This document shows positions 25,731-38,387 of a DNA stretch of 64,000 nt, one piece after another (the first letter of the stretch is position 1; every line of letters starts with the position of its first letter). A program made the translations under genes and the position numbers. Location: assembly GCA_964276515.1 (NCBI GenBank), contig OZ193909.1, positions 2,976,001 to 3,040,000 of the forward strand, given 5' to 3'. The notes under the pieces were generated by a model. The model was given only the letters and a program-made list of their open reading frames with translations. It was not told the DNA's origin and made no database searches. Source of the stretch: Gordius albopunctatus (taxonomy: Eukaryota).

Positions 25731-28700
25731 AGGCTATTACCTTTTGGTATTATTTACAGCTCTATAACAAATTCTTAAAAATTGTCAATAAACCAAGGTG
25801 TTTTATTTAAAAGGTAAATTTACTCGTATGCACAACTTACTCTGTAAAACTTTTATAAGGTTTAAAAGAATGGCTTATTGAATCAGTTTTAAGGTCCAAT
25901 TCGTTATCTATTGGCATTATGATTTTAATCTGGCACTTTGCATTCGGCGATTTGCAAAATATTATAATTAAAAGCTTTTTCTAAAAATACCACAAAGTTT
26001 TATACATATAGGAGATACAGATATATACATATATCCAAAAGCTTCATCATTGAAACATAGGCTTATAACTTAGTGTTAAAAATATCGTTGACAATCCACC
26101 TTCCATATTAATACCGCTTGACTAATCTTTGTGTCAGCGAGAGATAAAATAATAATTAAAAATGTAATTCAGACTAATATATTCAGGCTAAAATTTATTA
26201 TTTTAGATAGGGGATAACTATGTACAATTGTTTAAAGTCAACTTTAATGCATCGCAAAATCGATATTCTTTCGTGTTTTTGTGTTGGTAAGAGCAAAATA
26301 TTTTTGCGAAAAGAATGGCTTATTGTCCAGAATCAGAAAGAAGATGGCGAGATTAGATACTATTGCTAGAGATTGCGTGACAAGATTTTGATCAAAGAAG
26401 AGCCGCTTAAAGTGCTTTGACTTTAATTAACAAAACCTTTGGCATAAACTACAAATTATTTATATCGAAATCAAACATTCCATTAAATACCCTATTGATA
26501 ATTAATTTAAGACAATCAATAAAATAAATCGAATAATTCAAATGGGATCATTAATGTATTTCGTTATTAATATTTATCTAACATTTATGAATTGCAATTA
26601 ATTACACGTTTAAAACTAATTAAATATTTTTTTATTAACAAATTGTTTTTATATAAATTTGTCAAGACATATGGTGGCATGGTTAAACTGGAGCAAAAGC
26701 GTTTGAACAAATTAAGTCGAAAACATTATTGTTATATTTTAGAGGCTTTTAAGTTATTAAAGACAATTTGTATATTTTTGTTTAAAACAAGGTCGGTGTT
26801 TCATCAATTAAATGGAACAAAAATGCTTCAAATATTATTTACAGCATAAAATAGTAAAAATATAGTTTTTTTTATATTAAATATTTTTTTAAACATTCAT
26901 ACCATCACATTTTAATTAATTCGCATTTATATGTTTTTAAGAAAATAACTAAATGCTCATAGTAATAAATTTGTTAGTCAAGTAAAAGTTGTCATGATTG
27001 GGCTAGCTATAAGGCCAAAAATGTTATACGCAGCAACAAAAATCGTATTATATATCGATATAATCTTTATTGCTAAATAGAATATGCTGGGATTTGTAGT
27101 GCTTAAATAAAATATTAACAAATTTCAAGGTATATGTGTGGTATTATATGTTCTACGAAAATTCTTCATAAAGCTTAGTTAATGTATATTCGGACAAACC
27201 CGATTTGTATATTACTACAGTAATTAAAAATAGTTTTAATTATATTGCAGTGTTTATATCATATGTTAATAGCAATCTTATTACATTAGAAAAAATTGAA
27301 TGGTCATTCTGGAGCGATTAATAAACGTTAAACAAAATTTTGTAATCAATATAAAGTAAAACACACCAATAAAACTATTCAAAAATTCAAAAATTATGGC
27401 CAAACAAATTGAATTTAAGCGTCAAAAATATATTTCAAACCTTTATTATACGTCAAATTTAAATTTCATTATTTAAAAAATTTTGCTTGTTAAATATCTA
27501 GAAAAATACTAACCTGTATATTACCGATTCCCTGTCCTTTAACAAATAAGGCAATTTTGTGCAATATCCGAGCTATTACTAAGATTGATTAGCCTTAAAA
27601 TTCCGAAATTTATATTGGAAATGTTGATTTGGTAAAAAAAAAAAGAGGTAATGGCCTACAAGTGGGAGTGTGGCAGTATGAGTTTGTGGAGGCAGATAGA
27701 TGGATTTCGTGCTTAGATCACAAGGATTATTATCATCTACAAAGAAAATATATATATTAATATATTGACAACCATAATTTGATATAATGAATAAAAACTA
27801 GGAAAATGAAAACAAAGATGGCCCCTAATAGTATACGCTATTAGCAACACCCCTAATGTCGTCATACTTTTTTTTTCTCATTAACTTGACAAAATTTTCC
27901 TTTGATTTTGAAAACTGGTAAGATATAAGTTAGAATGGAGAAGATTTAAATGTTAGAAATAAAGTTTAAATTAAAAATATAGAAATTTTTAGCTTTTAAA
28001 AAGTCGCCCGCTTTAAGTTAATAGTTTTTTTATCAAATTTGAAATATATATTATTGTCAAATGTCATTATTTTATACTGTTTCTGCTGCTCATCATTTCA
28101 TATTAAGGAAATAAAATGAAAATTTATGGCCTAAAAATAAACCCTTATTTGTCAACATGTCTTATAAATATATCAACACCCGTAACCAGCGTTAAAATAA
28201 AGGGTCGATTGCGTTGTATTTTAGTAGGGATAAAATGTTTGAATGGCATATAAATTAGGACTAATCAAATAAACTTGTCAGCAGAATCGATTTGACATTA
28301 TCGCCGCAAATCAATAGATTTTGCAATGTAAATGCCACCTCAACTTTATTCTCCAATTGAAAACGATTTAAGACTAGTTTTAAAAAGTCATTTTAGAACT
28401 TAACCAAGCTCATGGAAGTAGCCAGGATTGAATTTAGAGGGGGGCAATAATGAATATTTTTAGTAATTTTATTTATAATTATATTCAATTTTAAGAATTT
28501 TTGGATTTATAGGGGGCTGCCGCCTCTTACCTGGCTGCGTCTAGGACCTTTCTTAACATATAGAAATTAAAATTTCTGTTAGACTATTATAAAATAATCT
28601 ATTGTTTGATCCAATTGCAAATTTTGTTCAAACAGTTTTTCGTTTTGTGTGAGGGAAAGCAATTTGACTTAAGGTATTAATTAGTATAAAGCTATTGCAA

Positions 28701-28734
28701 TGTAAACATATTTGTATTGGATAAGCATTGTTAT

Positions 28735-29456
28735 CAGAGACCCGAAAAGTTAGGCTAGGCCCGCTGTTAACTGACGAAAATTTAGATTTTCGGGCAGGCC
28801 CGGGCAGGTATTATAACAAGATTCGTGGAAATGGGGCACACTGAGATTTTATATATAGCATGTTAATTTGTTTTTGCGTTTTATTGTGTTTTCTTATATA
28901 ATTTTGTTATTTTTTGATTTGATTCAATAATATTCATTATAATTGTAGCTCTTATTCAAAAAATATGGAAAGCTAAATTAAAATATTTGGAAAATATAAC
29001 AAAATTACTGATAGATATTTTGAAAATCATGATTTCTGGCGGGGTAGTTTGGGTAGCTCTAATGATTCGGGCATGACAGGGTGCACACTTAAAAGAATTA
29101 ATCTGACCTAGAGCCTTGCAAAATAAAAACTCTACGGTCCGAGCCCGACCGGTCCCAGAGATTTTTTACTCTGGCCTGACCCGTGGCTGAGCTGGCGCGA
29201 CTTTTTTGAAATGTAACCTTATAAAACTATTTATTCAACCGGCCGCACACCTTAAATTTAACATAAAAATATTTTATAGCCTACTTAACAAAGGAATTAG
29301 TAAAAAGTTTTTAAAAATCGTTTAGCTAGACGGGCCTGGCTCTAGCCTCGGGTCAAGTTGTCCCATCGGGCCCGACCTGAGCCCAATTTATTTTCAATTT
29401 TGGCGGGTTCGGGTCGGGCTTTAGACGGCCCGTGCAGGGCTCTAATCTGACCTCTG
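28735..29456. mobile_element. CAGAG-ended MITE; family copies at about 39897-40313, 48240-48669 and 57887-58562
   Basis: CAGAG...CTCTG ends, CGGGC-rich subtermini and a shared interior (ACAAGATTCGGGCA; GGGCAGCTCTAAT). TSDs are not clearly conserved. Confidence 0.7.
29109..29444. mobile_element. hAT-type MITE nested in the terminus of the CAGAG MITE
   Basis: TIR TAGAGCCTTGCA / TGCAGGGCTCTA and a perfect TSD ATCTGACC (29101-29108 / 29445-29452). Confidence 0.88.
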
Positions 29457-31144
29457 ATAATCACAGTGGTTGAATAGATATTTTTCACCTAATAAAATCT
29501 TTTGATATTTTGCAGTTTATCTTTACCCATGAGCGTAACCAACACTGGAATTAGAGTGGGCAATAATGAATTGGGGGGAGCAAAATCACCATTTATAGAA
29601 ATTTTGGCCATCATTTTAATAAATTGTAACAATTTTTTGGATTTAAAGGGGGGCAGCCGCCCCTCCCTGCCACGCCCCCTTAGCTACGGCCATTTCTCTA
29701 CCCAAATTACTCAACCATAATATTTTATCAATCAATTCCTACGAGGGCTATCATTTGATGCGAAATTAAAACAAGGCTTATCGAATTCATTAACAACCCT
29801 GACCTGACTCCCTCTTCAAAAATTAAGTCCTGCGCCCTGCGCGTCTGTGTGCGGTTTGATAAAAGTTAGCTCACTCCCATAACTGCTATTATTGCAATAC
29901 GAAAATAGGGGACCGCTTCATTAAATACTATAGAACAATAAGTTATTTTGATTGAGATAGTTAAATCATTAGCCCTCTGTGGCAATTACAGATTTGGCGT
30001 GGCGTTTGACATGTAGGATTGCGCTCGATCGTGCATAGCTTTGGAATCGCTCTAAATCAGAGTTATGTCAAAAATTTGGCTCAAAACCTTAGTCTAACAC
30101 ACTGATTGCCATGAATGAATTTTAGGTGACACCAATGTCGGGTTTTGATGGGATATATTGAAATTAAAAAATTAATAGTCATATTTTTGTCAGATTGATA
30201 ACTCTTGGCCGAATTGTTTCGATGGAATATTAGATTTAGATAATAACCTATTAAAACTGATTATTAAACATGTAGACCTTTCAGAAAATCTACTTTAGAA
30301 ACTGTTTTTTTGTAATATAAAAAGACATAATATGATCACGAAACCCTTGGTATAGCGTATTCGCAATACCAATGGATATCCATATATATATATATAAGAT
30401 TAAGAATTTCATTTTAATTAAAAGGCAGGTATTACCAAGACCATAATTGAATGAAAAGAAATAAATATATTAAATATAATGCCTAAAATATGGTTTTTAC
30501 AATGTGAAAAATGAAAAATAACATTTTAGAAATAAGATAATTTTTGTGCTATCAAAAATGGCTATTTATAATACAGCTCTGATCTAAACTTTGATTAATT
30601 ATTAAAAATATTAAAATACACTAGGCGTAAAGTCTTATAGTTGAATATTGGAATAAAGTAAAACTTCTTTAACGTTTTTTGTTTAATTTAAACAGTTATT
30701 TTGGTAAGCATATTTCCCTTGTCATAATAAGTAAGCTTCATTTATTATTCTAATTAAATGCGGCAAGTGAAATATACATCATATTGGTGAGCTAAGTTTT
30801 TTGAACTAAATGTCATTTCTTTAGGTCAAACCGAATCTCATTGAGAAAATATAATCTTTTAAAATCTCGCCTGCAAATAAGCCTGTCAAACTCTTCATAT
30901 TTTTATACTCAAGTTTGGCTTGAGAACACATTTGTCTCAAAGCTAACGTTAAGAAACATGATGTTTTATTTAAAATTAATTTACTCCTATTACAATTCTT
31001 AATGGCTACAATAAAATAGATTCCAATATTTAGCGTGGTAGAGATTGGTTACTTGGCCCCTTAACGCATATTATATGAATAATTTAAATTTTAAGGTTTC
31101 GTTAATCAATAGTGACTTCTATAAATGTCTTACATATATACAAA

Positions 31145-31906
31145 CTAGCTGTGCCTGGCCAAGCGTTGCTTTGGCTTAGTACTTATTTGGCTAAATAATT
31201 GGTACCTAGCAACATGGGCGTAGCCAGCTTTGGAATTAGAGGGGGACAATAAGGATTTATGGAGGTTTAGGGAGGGGCAAAATGAACATTTTTTGAAATT
31301 TTAGCCATAATTTTAACGAATTTCAACAATTATTTAGATTTAGAGGCGCCCATGCCCAGCAATAAGAAATATATGAAAGAATTTGGGTCAGCTGAAAGAT
31401 AGTTTGTGATGTGAAAAATATATTTTTATATAAATATTAACTTAATAAAAAAAGGCATATTTATTATCAATTAAATAGATTTATAACAGTTTTAAATACT
31501 TATTAGGTAGCGATGTTTAGCGATAACATGCACAGTTGAGTGACAAAAGTGTTTATAAACCACTATTTTATTTATTTAAATTAAATAGTTTGTTAAACCC
31601 CAATAATTTTGACCGTATACTGTAACATTTTTATTATACTTTTAAATATCTAATTCGAGAAAACTTCAGCCTTGTATGTATGACGTCATTATTGTATATG
31701 ATGCTATAAATGAAACTGGCCGGGAAATGTCCGATATTTTTAAAACTAAAAGGAATTTTAGGAATCTGAAAAAGCTATTTTACCCTTGGCATCCCTGGGC
31801 ATCTACGGTTAAATTTTCGTGCGAATCAGGGCGGTAGTTTCAGTATTTAGCCCTTATCCACATACATACATACACACATACACACACTTTACTTTATATA
31901 TATAGA
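31145..31906 (-). mobile_element. Non-autonomous Helitron, same family as 22470-23526
   Basis: On the minus strand: TCTATATATATAAAGTAAAG plus microsatellite at the start, and hairpin plus CTAG at the end. The interior matches 23130-23220. Contains a CATG MITE (31213-31354, TSD CCTAGCAA / CCCAGCAA). Confidence 0.85.
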
Positions 31907-32439
31907 TAAGCTTATTCTATGGTTTTTGTGAAATTATAAATAAAATCACCGTATAGCAGCCAATACCCTTGACAATAGGGAAACTTTTTTCATTAAACAT
32001 AAAATCGGAATCATTATTTGTCATTTCAACGCTATCGCGATTTTCGAATGTTTACCTCGCATATGATTTTAATAGTTGTTTATAGTTTCATTTAATAAAA
32101 ACAAGTTTTACATTAAAAAATTAAAATTGTAGTAACACGCTAAATATAATATCATACATTCCTTAGTAATTCATCATTAAATCATTACATGCTTAATAAT
32201 ATAGCTGTGCCCATACATTTCAATCGATTATTATTTGTTTAAATGAAATGGCTCAAAAGTATTTGTATGCGAAGACGTAATAAGTGAACTAGATTCTCAT
32301 TAAGTTAAGCTATTGAACTTCGTAATGCAAGATAAGTTTTTACACAAAACCAAAATTTGTTTATTTTCTATTTTTTTGAAGGTATAAATCTTTATTAAAT
32401 TAAATGGTATACTAAAAATTACATATACGACTAAAAACT

Positions 32440-32605
32440 CATTTGGAAATTTAGGCGTTGAAGCTCTCGCTCTCCTGAAACAAATTGGAAAAGCGATCTC
32501 CAGCGTCTCTTTAGATTTGAATGAGTACCTTTTTATCAGGCAAAAGATCACAATGAAAATCGTTAAATCCAACACGATTCCCATACACGGATCAATGCCA
32601 TCCAC
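32440..32605 (+). mobile_element. Possible 3' remnant of a restriction-like-endonuclease (CRE-like) non-LTR retrotransposon
   Basis: SFGNLGVEALALLKQIGKAISSVSLDLNEYLFIRQKITMKIVKSNTIPIHGSMP resembles the ETxGxxGxEA...IG...FLxQRIS...GN...GxxP tail of such elements. Recognised by eye. Confidence 0.45.
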
Positions 32606-32619
32606 TATTGAGGGCAAAT

Positions 32620-33119
32620 TATTTGAAGATAAAGAGTTATTATGGGTTACAAACATTTTTGCCATTTTTATTTCGCCGTCTTCCAGTTTTAATTCATAAT
32701 GGTTAATTATTATTTCTGATAAAAGAGATTTATCGCAAAAAAGGGGATGAAGGGTTTGAACCTTCTAAGGACTTATATAAATTACAATAAATTTCCGAAA
32801 ATCTTATGTTTAATTCTGCTATTATTCTATCAATGATAGGATAATATAAATCAATTTTGAAATCAATTAATGAATTAGCAGATTCAAAAGAGTAAAATAT
32901 GTCATACTTTTTTGGTTTTTTAATGCCTTTAGAAGGTAATAAATCAAAAATTGCAGCTAAATCTTTTACCTTATTATAAAGAATTTGATAGTAATCTTTA
33001 TATTGTTTCTTTAAGATAAAAAAATGGCGGAAGGGGCCCGGGGGCCAAGATTTTTTCCTTGGGGGCCCAGGGGGCCCGGTTTTTTCTCTTGGGGGGGGGG
33101 GGGGACAGCTACGCCACTG
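32620..33119 (-). mobile_element. hAT (ZMYM1-like transposase) fragment with a CAGTGGCGTAGC terminus
   Basis: Peptide FKIDLYYPIIDRIIAELNIRFSE...NPSSPF. Terminus GCTACGCCACTG at 33108-33119 with GGGGCCC repeats. Confidence 0.65.
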
Positions 33120-36100
33120 TATCCAAATGCTCAAGAGGTCCGATAAATAATGTGCCATGATTGTTTGCCTACATGAGAGAATTAAGGTTTGCGAATTTCT
33201 ATCTATATTGAAGCGGCAATTAAAAAATCTCATAGTTTAGCCTATATATTTAATTGTGCGTTAAAACTTAAAAACATTTGGCGATTCTTGGCCCGTCCTA
33301 GATTATAATGAGTTAGATATTTGAACCAATTTGTCTTTGTGTTTTATTTTTATATATATGTGAGAACGTCTTCGTAAACTTTTAAATAATTTTATTGGAA
33401 CACTTAATGATTTGTTTGGTAAATTTCTTACCATCTCAATTTAAAGTGCGATTCTTAAAATTTTTATCTTGTGGCTTTTAGGTTTGCATGATCAATATGA
33501 CTAATAAGCCTATTATAGAATAGAGTGAAGTGATGCGTTATTGGAATTCTAATGTAAAAATAGAAAGTAAGCCCTTCTTATACGAGTTACCAACAACACG
33601 AAATTGGTTTTAATTAAAAAAATGTATATCAATCAAGAAACCCAGGCTTATTATAAATCTTGTTTAATGAAACTTTAAGCCGATAGTGTATGACCGCAAA
33701 GCAACTTCGATATATTAAAAATTGATTAAATTTTTCGGAAATCAAATACCTGCTTTAGTTGAAACAAAAATCTAGCTTGAAAATAAATAAATATTGATTT
33801 TGTAAAACACAAAATTATTAGTTAAGTTATTAATAATTATTATTAGTTCTTAAGTTAAATATATCTTAAAGGTGGGTTAAGCTTTTATAAGGTGACCTTG
33901 ACAGTTTTTAAGACGCTTTAATAAAAATCGATCCTTTGTAATTTACAAACTTAAAAAATAAAAGGATTTTATATGTTAATAATTGATTTAACTTACAAGA
34001 ATAAAACCTTGGTAAATTTTTTGATTCTAAAAATTTCCATACATCTAGACACACAACTAAAAGCTGCTTAATGCACACAACTAAAAAACCATCAAAGCCA
34101 TATTTTATTATTAAATAATTAAATTTTGAGGGGAAAAGGCAACATAAAAAGTAAAAAATTATGGGAAGCCCGTGTTTTTGCTCACTTCAAAGTTAATTTG
34201 GGATGCAAAATGCATTTCAAAAAGGGTCAAAAAGTAGTGTGACTTTTAAAAACCAAACCTTCAAGCCACTCACACATTTCTATTCCTCCTTTAGCCTCCT
34301 TCTATTAACAAGTTAGCCCCTGGGTCGTGTCATTCGTCGTTTTAGGCTATATTAGGCATTTCATTTGTCAACCGTAGGCAGGGTAAATGCGAATTCGGTT
34401 AATTAAGTAAAGGCGCGCCTACATGAGGACTACTTAAATGATTAAAATTGTTTAACGGGCTCGAGATGAATATAAATGCGTAATATATGGCTCCGCGCGA
34501 CAAAATTTAATTAATTTCCCTGATATTCTGGGCGATGTCATCACTAGTAATTTAACAATAGGGGGGTGGGGGTGGTGGTAGAATTTAATCAATTTCTCAC
34601 ATTTTAATTTTTGATTTATGGATTAATTAGATGAAATTCCCTTTGAGATCTCTGAAGTTCTAGCAGGAATCGGATTTAATTAGCTCGTTTGGCGCATTGC
34701 CATTTGCGGTTAAAATATTTTCTATACGTTTTTCCAACCGATTTGCTGTAATTGAGCATTAAAGTTTATTTTATAAATAATAATTACGGCATTATCAATA
34801 ATTCATAAATTTCTTAATAGTTTTTGCTTAAATTATAGGATTAATATTATCACAACGTTTTTAGAGCAATTTCACTTGGATTTGGCGAATCTCTTAAAGG
34901 CAATTTAAAACTGTATGACACTTAAAGCGTAGAAGAATTAATAGAGAGATGCAATTATTAAATTATCTCACGGAAATATAGATAAACTGTTATAAAGAAT
35001 TTTTATAATAGCTCAGGCCTTATAAATGTTTAATAAGGTTATTCAGAGACTGCTGAAATTTAATATATATATAATTATCCATTATTTATATAATAAATAT
35101 TTGATAAATTAAGATTGCAACAGAAAATTATTATGACGTCTAATGAGAAATTATGCAATCTGCCTTTAAATATTAATTATCAAGTTCTTATTAATAAAGA
35201 TTAAAATAGCATTTACCTTTGAGCTATCCTTTATTTTCATAAATATAAATATGATTTTAGGATTAAATATATTTCAGTAAAAAAATCGCGTTTAACATTG
35301 ACCAACTCTTATTGCAAAAACAAACGTACAAATTCTTATATAATAATTTTGGGTATAGTTAACAAAGGAAAACAAGTGATATATATATATATTAATGATT
35401 AAAAACTAATTATAAATTGATAATAATAAGTTTGGTTTGTTAAAAGTTCTTTGAAGCATAAATGATTTATGTGAAGTCAAAAATATGATTAAAACGAATA
35501 AAAAGCGGATAAAATAAAATGTAATAGGTATTATAGCTCGAAAGCGTCACAATTATCGTCCGCTAAAAGCGGCCAGTTGGTAAGAGGTTTTCAAAATACA
35601 AATCAAAAAATCTGTGTAATATTTGAAAACGGGCTTCCGATTTCTTCGTGGAACCCAAAGGCTTTAAAGCATGAGGCAGGGCCGTCTTGCTGTCCCCTGC
35701 GAAGGCTAGCGCGTAAAAGTTTTAGTTTGAGTTGGGGAAAATGAAGGCAAAAGATCGTCTAAAAAGTTTAGATTTTAATAAATCTAATTTCTTCAATAAC
35801 ATTTCACTACCTTAAAATTGGAACGTTGTATCTGCACAAAAACTCCGAACTGAGATAATTGAGTTCAAAGTTTGAAATTCTATAAAATCTAAATTTTCCT
35901 TCATATGATTTGAAGTTAAGTTTTGTCAATGTAGACTATTAGCATTTGTGGTATTTTAGCAAAAAAAGTGGATTTTTTCGCTTTTTTACAAATAAAAATT
36001 GACTTAATTAATTTTAGTGCAGTCTTAACCGCTAAAAATTTTTTCTTCATTTTTTGAAAAGTTTGTAAAAAAATAGATACAAATCTAGCAAATAGCACAT

Positions 36101-37142
36101 TTACTTAATTTTTTTTTGAAAATTGCAGTTAGAGCACTCCAATTCTCAGGTAGCGATTTGTATAATACTAAACTACCTTCATTTAGCTATTGAAAATATG
36201 AATTACTAGATGTGCCCGGCCATTAAACCAGATCAAAAAAAATTTTAGTTATTTAAAATACTTTGCTAATTAATACACAAATCTAAATAAAAACTCCTTT
36301 TATGTTCCACTATAGGGGTGTTTGAGAAAGTCTGTGATATTTATTTTAGCTCAAGCACTAATTATAACATTTTTTTTAGTGTTTTAAATAGAAAACACGA
36401 AAAAACTGGATGGAATTGGTCTATTAATTAAATGAATATCATATGTGAGGGTCTAGAGGAAGGCCAGATCAGGAGAGCCCCTAGGGTATAGATTTTTTTA
36501 TACTCAACAAAATTAAGGTTAATATTTCAAAAATAATCCCTTTCCTCACCGTATGATTAATAAACTTTTTGATACTGTTAATCTCATATTCTAGCAAAGG
36601 CCCTGACGAAATATATGTGTATACATTAGAGTTCTTAGATGCTTATTATAAATTTTATCATTCTAAACAAAATTTACTTTAGACTTTTTAATATTAATTT
36701 TAACAATAATTCTTAATAGAAATCGCAATGTTCATTACAATTTATTTAAATAACCCGAATATATATAATTCCAGGAAATAAAATGATATGCATGTTCTTA
36801 AATTGATATGGCGCGCAATATATAAATTTTATTTTACTGATTATTTATGAGCTATTTGACACTCAGAGTCAGACATATTTTTCAATGGAAAGGCTGAATA
36901 ACTTAAAGTTTTTAGCATAATTAAACTAAAAATTTAAAATTAATTTTCCCTTTCAACTACATATTATTTTAGTAACCTTTCAGACGAAGCCATAATCTAA
37001 TTATTTCGGTTTAACAAGATAAAGATAACTAAAGTGCTATTAATAATCCCAACAAAACAGTGTAGATCATGCTTAAATAGGTAAAGGCTAGTCGCAAATA
37101 TTAAAAGATTCTCTACAATTATAGGGTGTTGTTAATCGGAAT

Positions 37143-37870
37143 CAGAGGTCTGCATGTGCCGAAATTTTAGGTTACGGCCCGACCCAATACCGCACATAAA
37201 TTATTTTTGGCCCGCACCCGGCCCGCCAAAAAGTCAAATATTGCGCCGCATCAGGCCCGCAGGAGTAATAACAAGTCTACATTGTTCTAAAAATTATTTA
37301 TTTGTATAAAACATTTTGTATTGTTCAAAAAATAACTAAACTACAGCAAACAAAATCGATTTTATCAAAAATTATTATTTAATATTGTCATTTAAAAACA
37401 AAAGGCTCTCTACTCTATCAGGCATAAATTTGTTCTTCTCTGTACTATAAGGCGACTTGCCTTACTGAATGTGCGTTCACTCGTAGCATTGTTGGCTGGA
37501 ATTGACAAAAACTGACAAGCTAAGTTTGTTAAGTTTGGTAGCATAAGTTGGTGTTCTTTCCACCATAAAATAACACCTAGCTGAACGTTTACAGGTTTTA
37601 GATTTAATTTAAGATCAGTATCAACTTGTTTGAAATCCTCAATCATTCCATTTTATCATCCTCCCAAACGGAGATATCCATATCTGCCTCACCAATAGAT
37701 AATTGCTTAGTGTTGCACGCCTGAACTGGATCACTCGTAGTTGGACGACTAATGCAAGAAGGGCGAGGATCTTCTTGCAAGGATTTTTTTTAAAATTATG
37801 TTACCGTAGTTTTAACGAAGCTTCTTTCATCTTCGGGTAGCATTGGGAAACTTAGGAACAAGAAAGGTTG
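37143..37870 (-). mobile_element. hAT remnant with dimerization domain (37410-37646)
   Basis: End CAGAGGTCTGCA with GGCCCG repeats, and the peptide WWKEHQLMLPNLTNLACQFLSIPANNATSERTFSKASRLIVQRRTNL. Confidence 0.8.
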
Positions 37871-38387
37871 ATACTTTATGATAAATAAGGAACATAATTA
37901 GGCGTAAAAGATGGAAACAAATTTGGGATGCTTTATATTGATGTATAAATAAAAGGGTAAAACTTCATAGATTGTTGTGGTCTCCTCATATCCGCTTCAA
38001 ATTCAATGCTTCACTTTTAACAAGGTGAAGAAAGCTTGATTTCTTTTTTTAAGATATTCATTAAATCTTTGCCTGATAAAAGGCTAATTATTTCATCATA
38101 CTTCTCATGCACACTCTTTAACATAATGTTTTTGAGTTCCAGCAGATTTGTGTTATGAAAAATAATTTTTTTTATCATCAAGCTAATAAATGCATTTTTT
38201 TGTTTCTATATTATAAATATGGTATAAAGTTACATAAATTTAATTTTTGGGCTTACTTTTTTTAAATGTAATTTTAGAACGCCAACATTTAAGCCTAGTC
38301 GTGAGAGCAAATAATTTATCAATTATTATAGAGTTTGAAAATAAAATACACAAGATCGAATGATGATGATAATAATAATAATAGATA

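Noticed and set aside
32730..33233. 167-aa ORF with a proline-rich stretch as a host gene
   Set aside because: It reads through a hAT terminus, where G/C runs give the prolines, into a transposase fragment.
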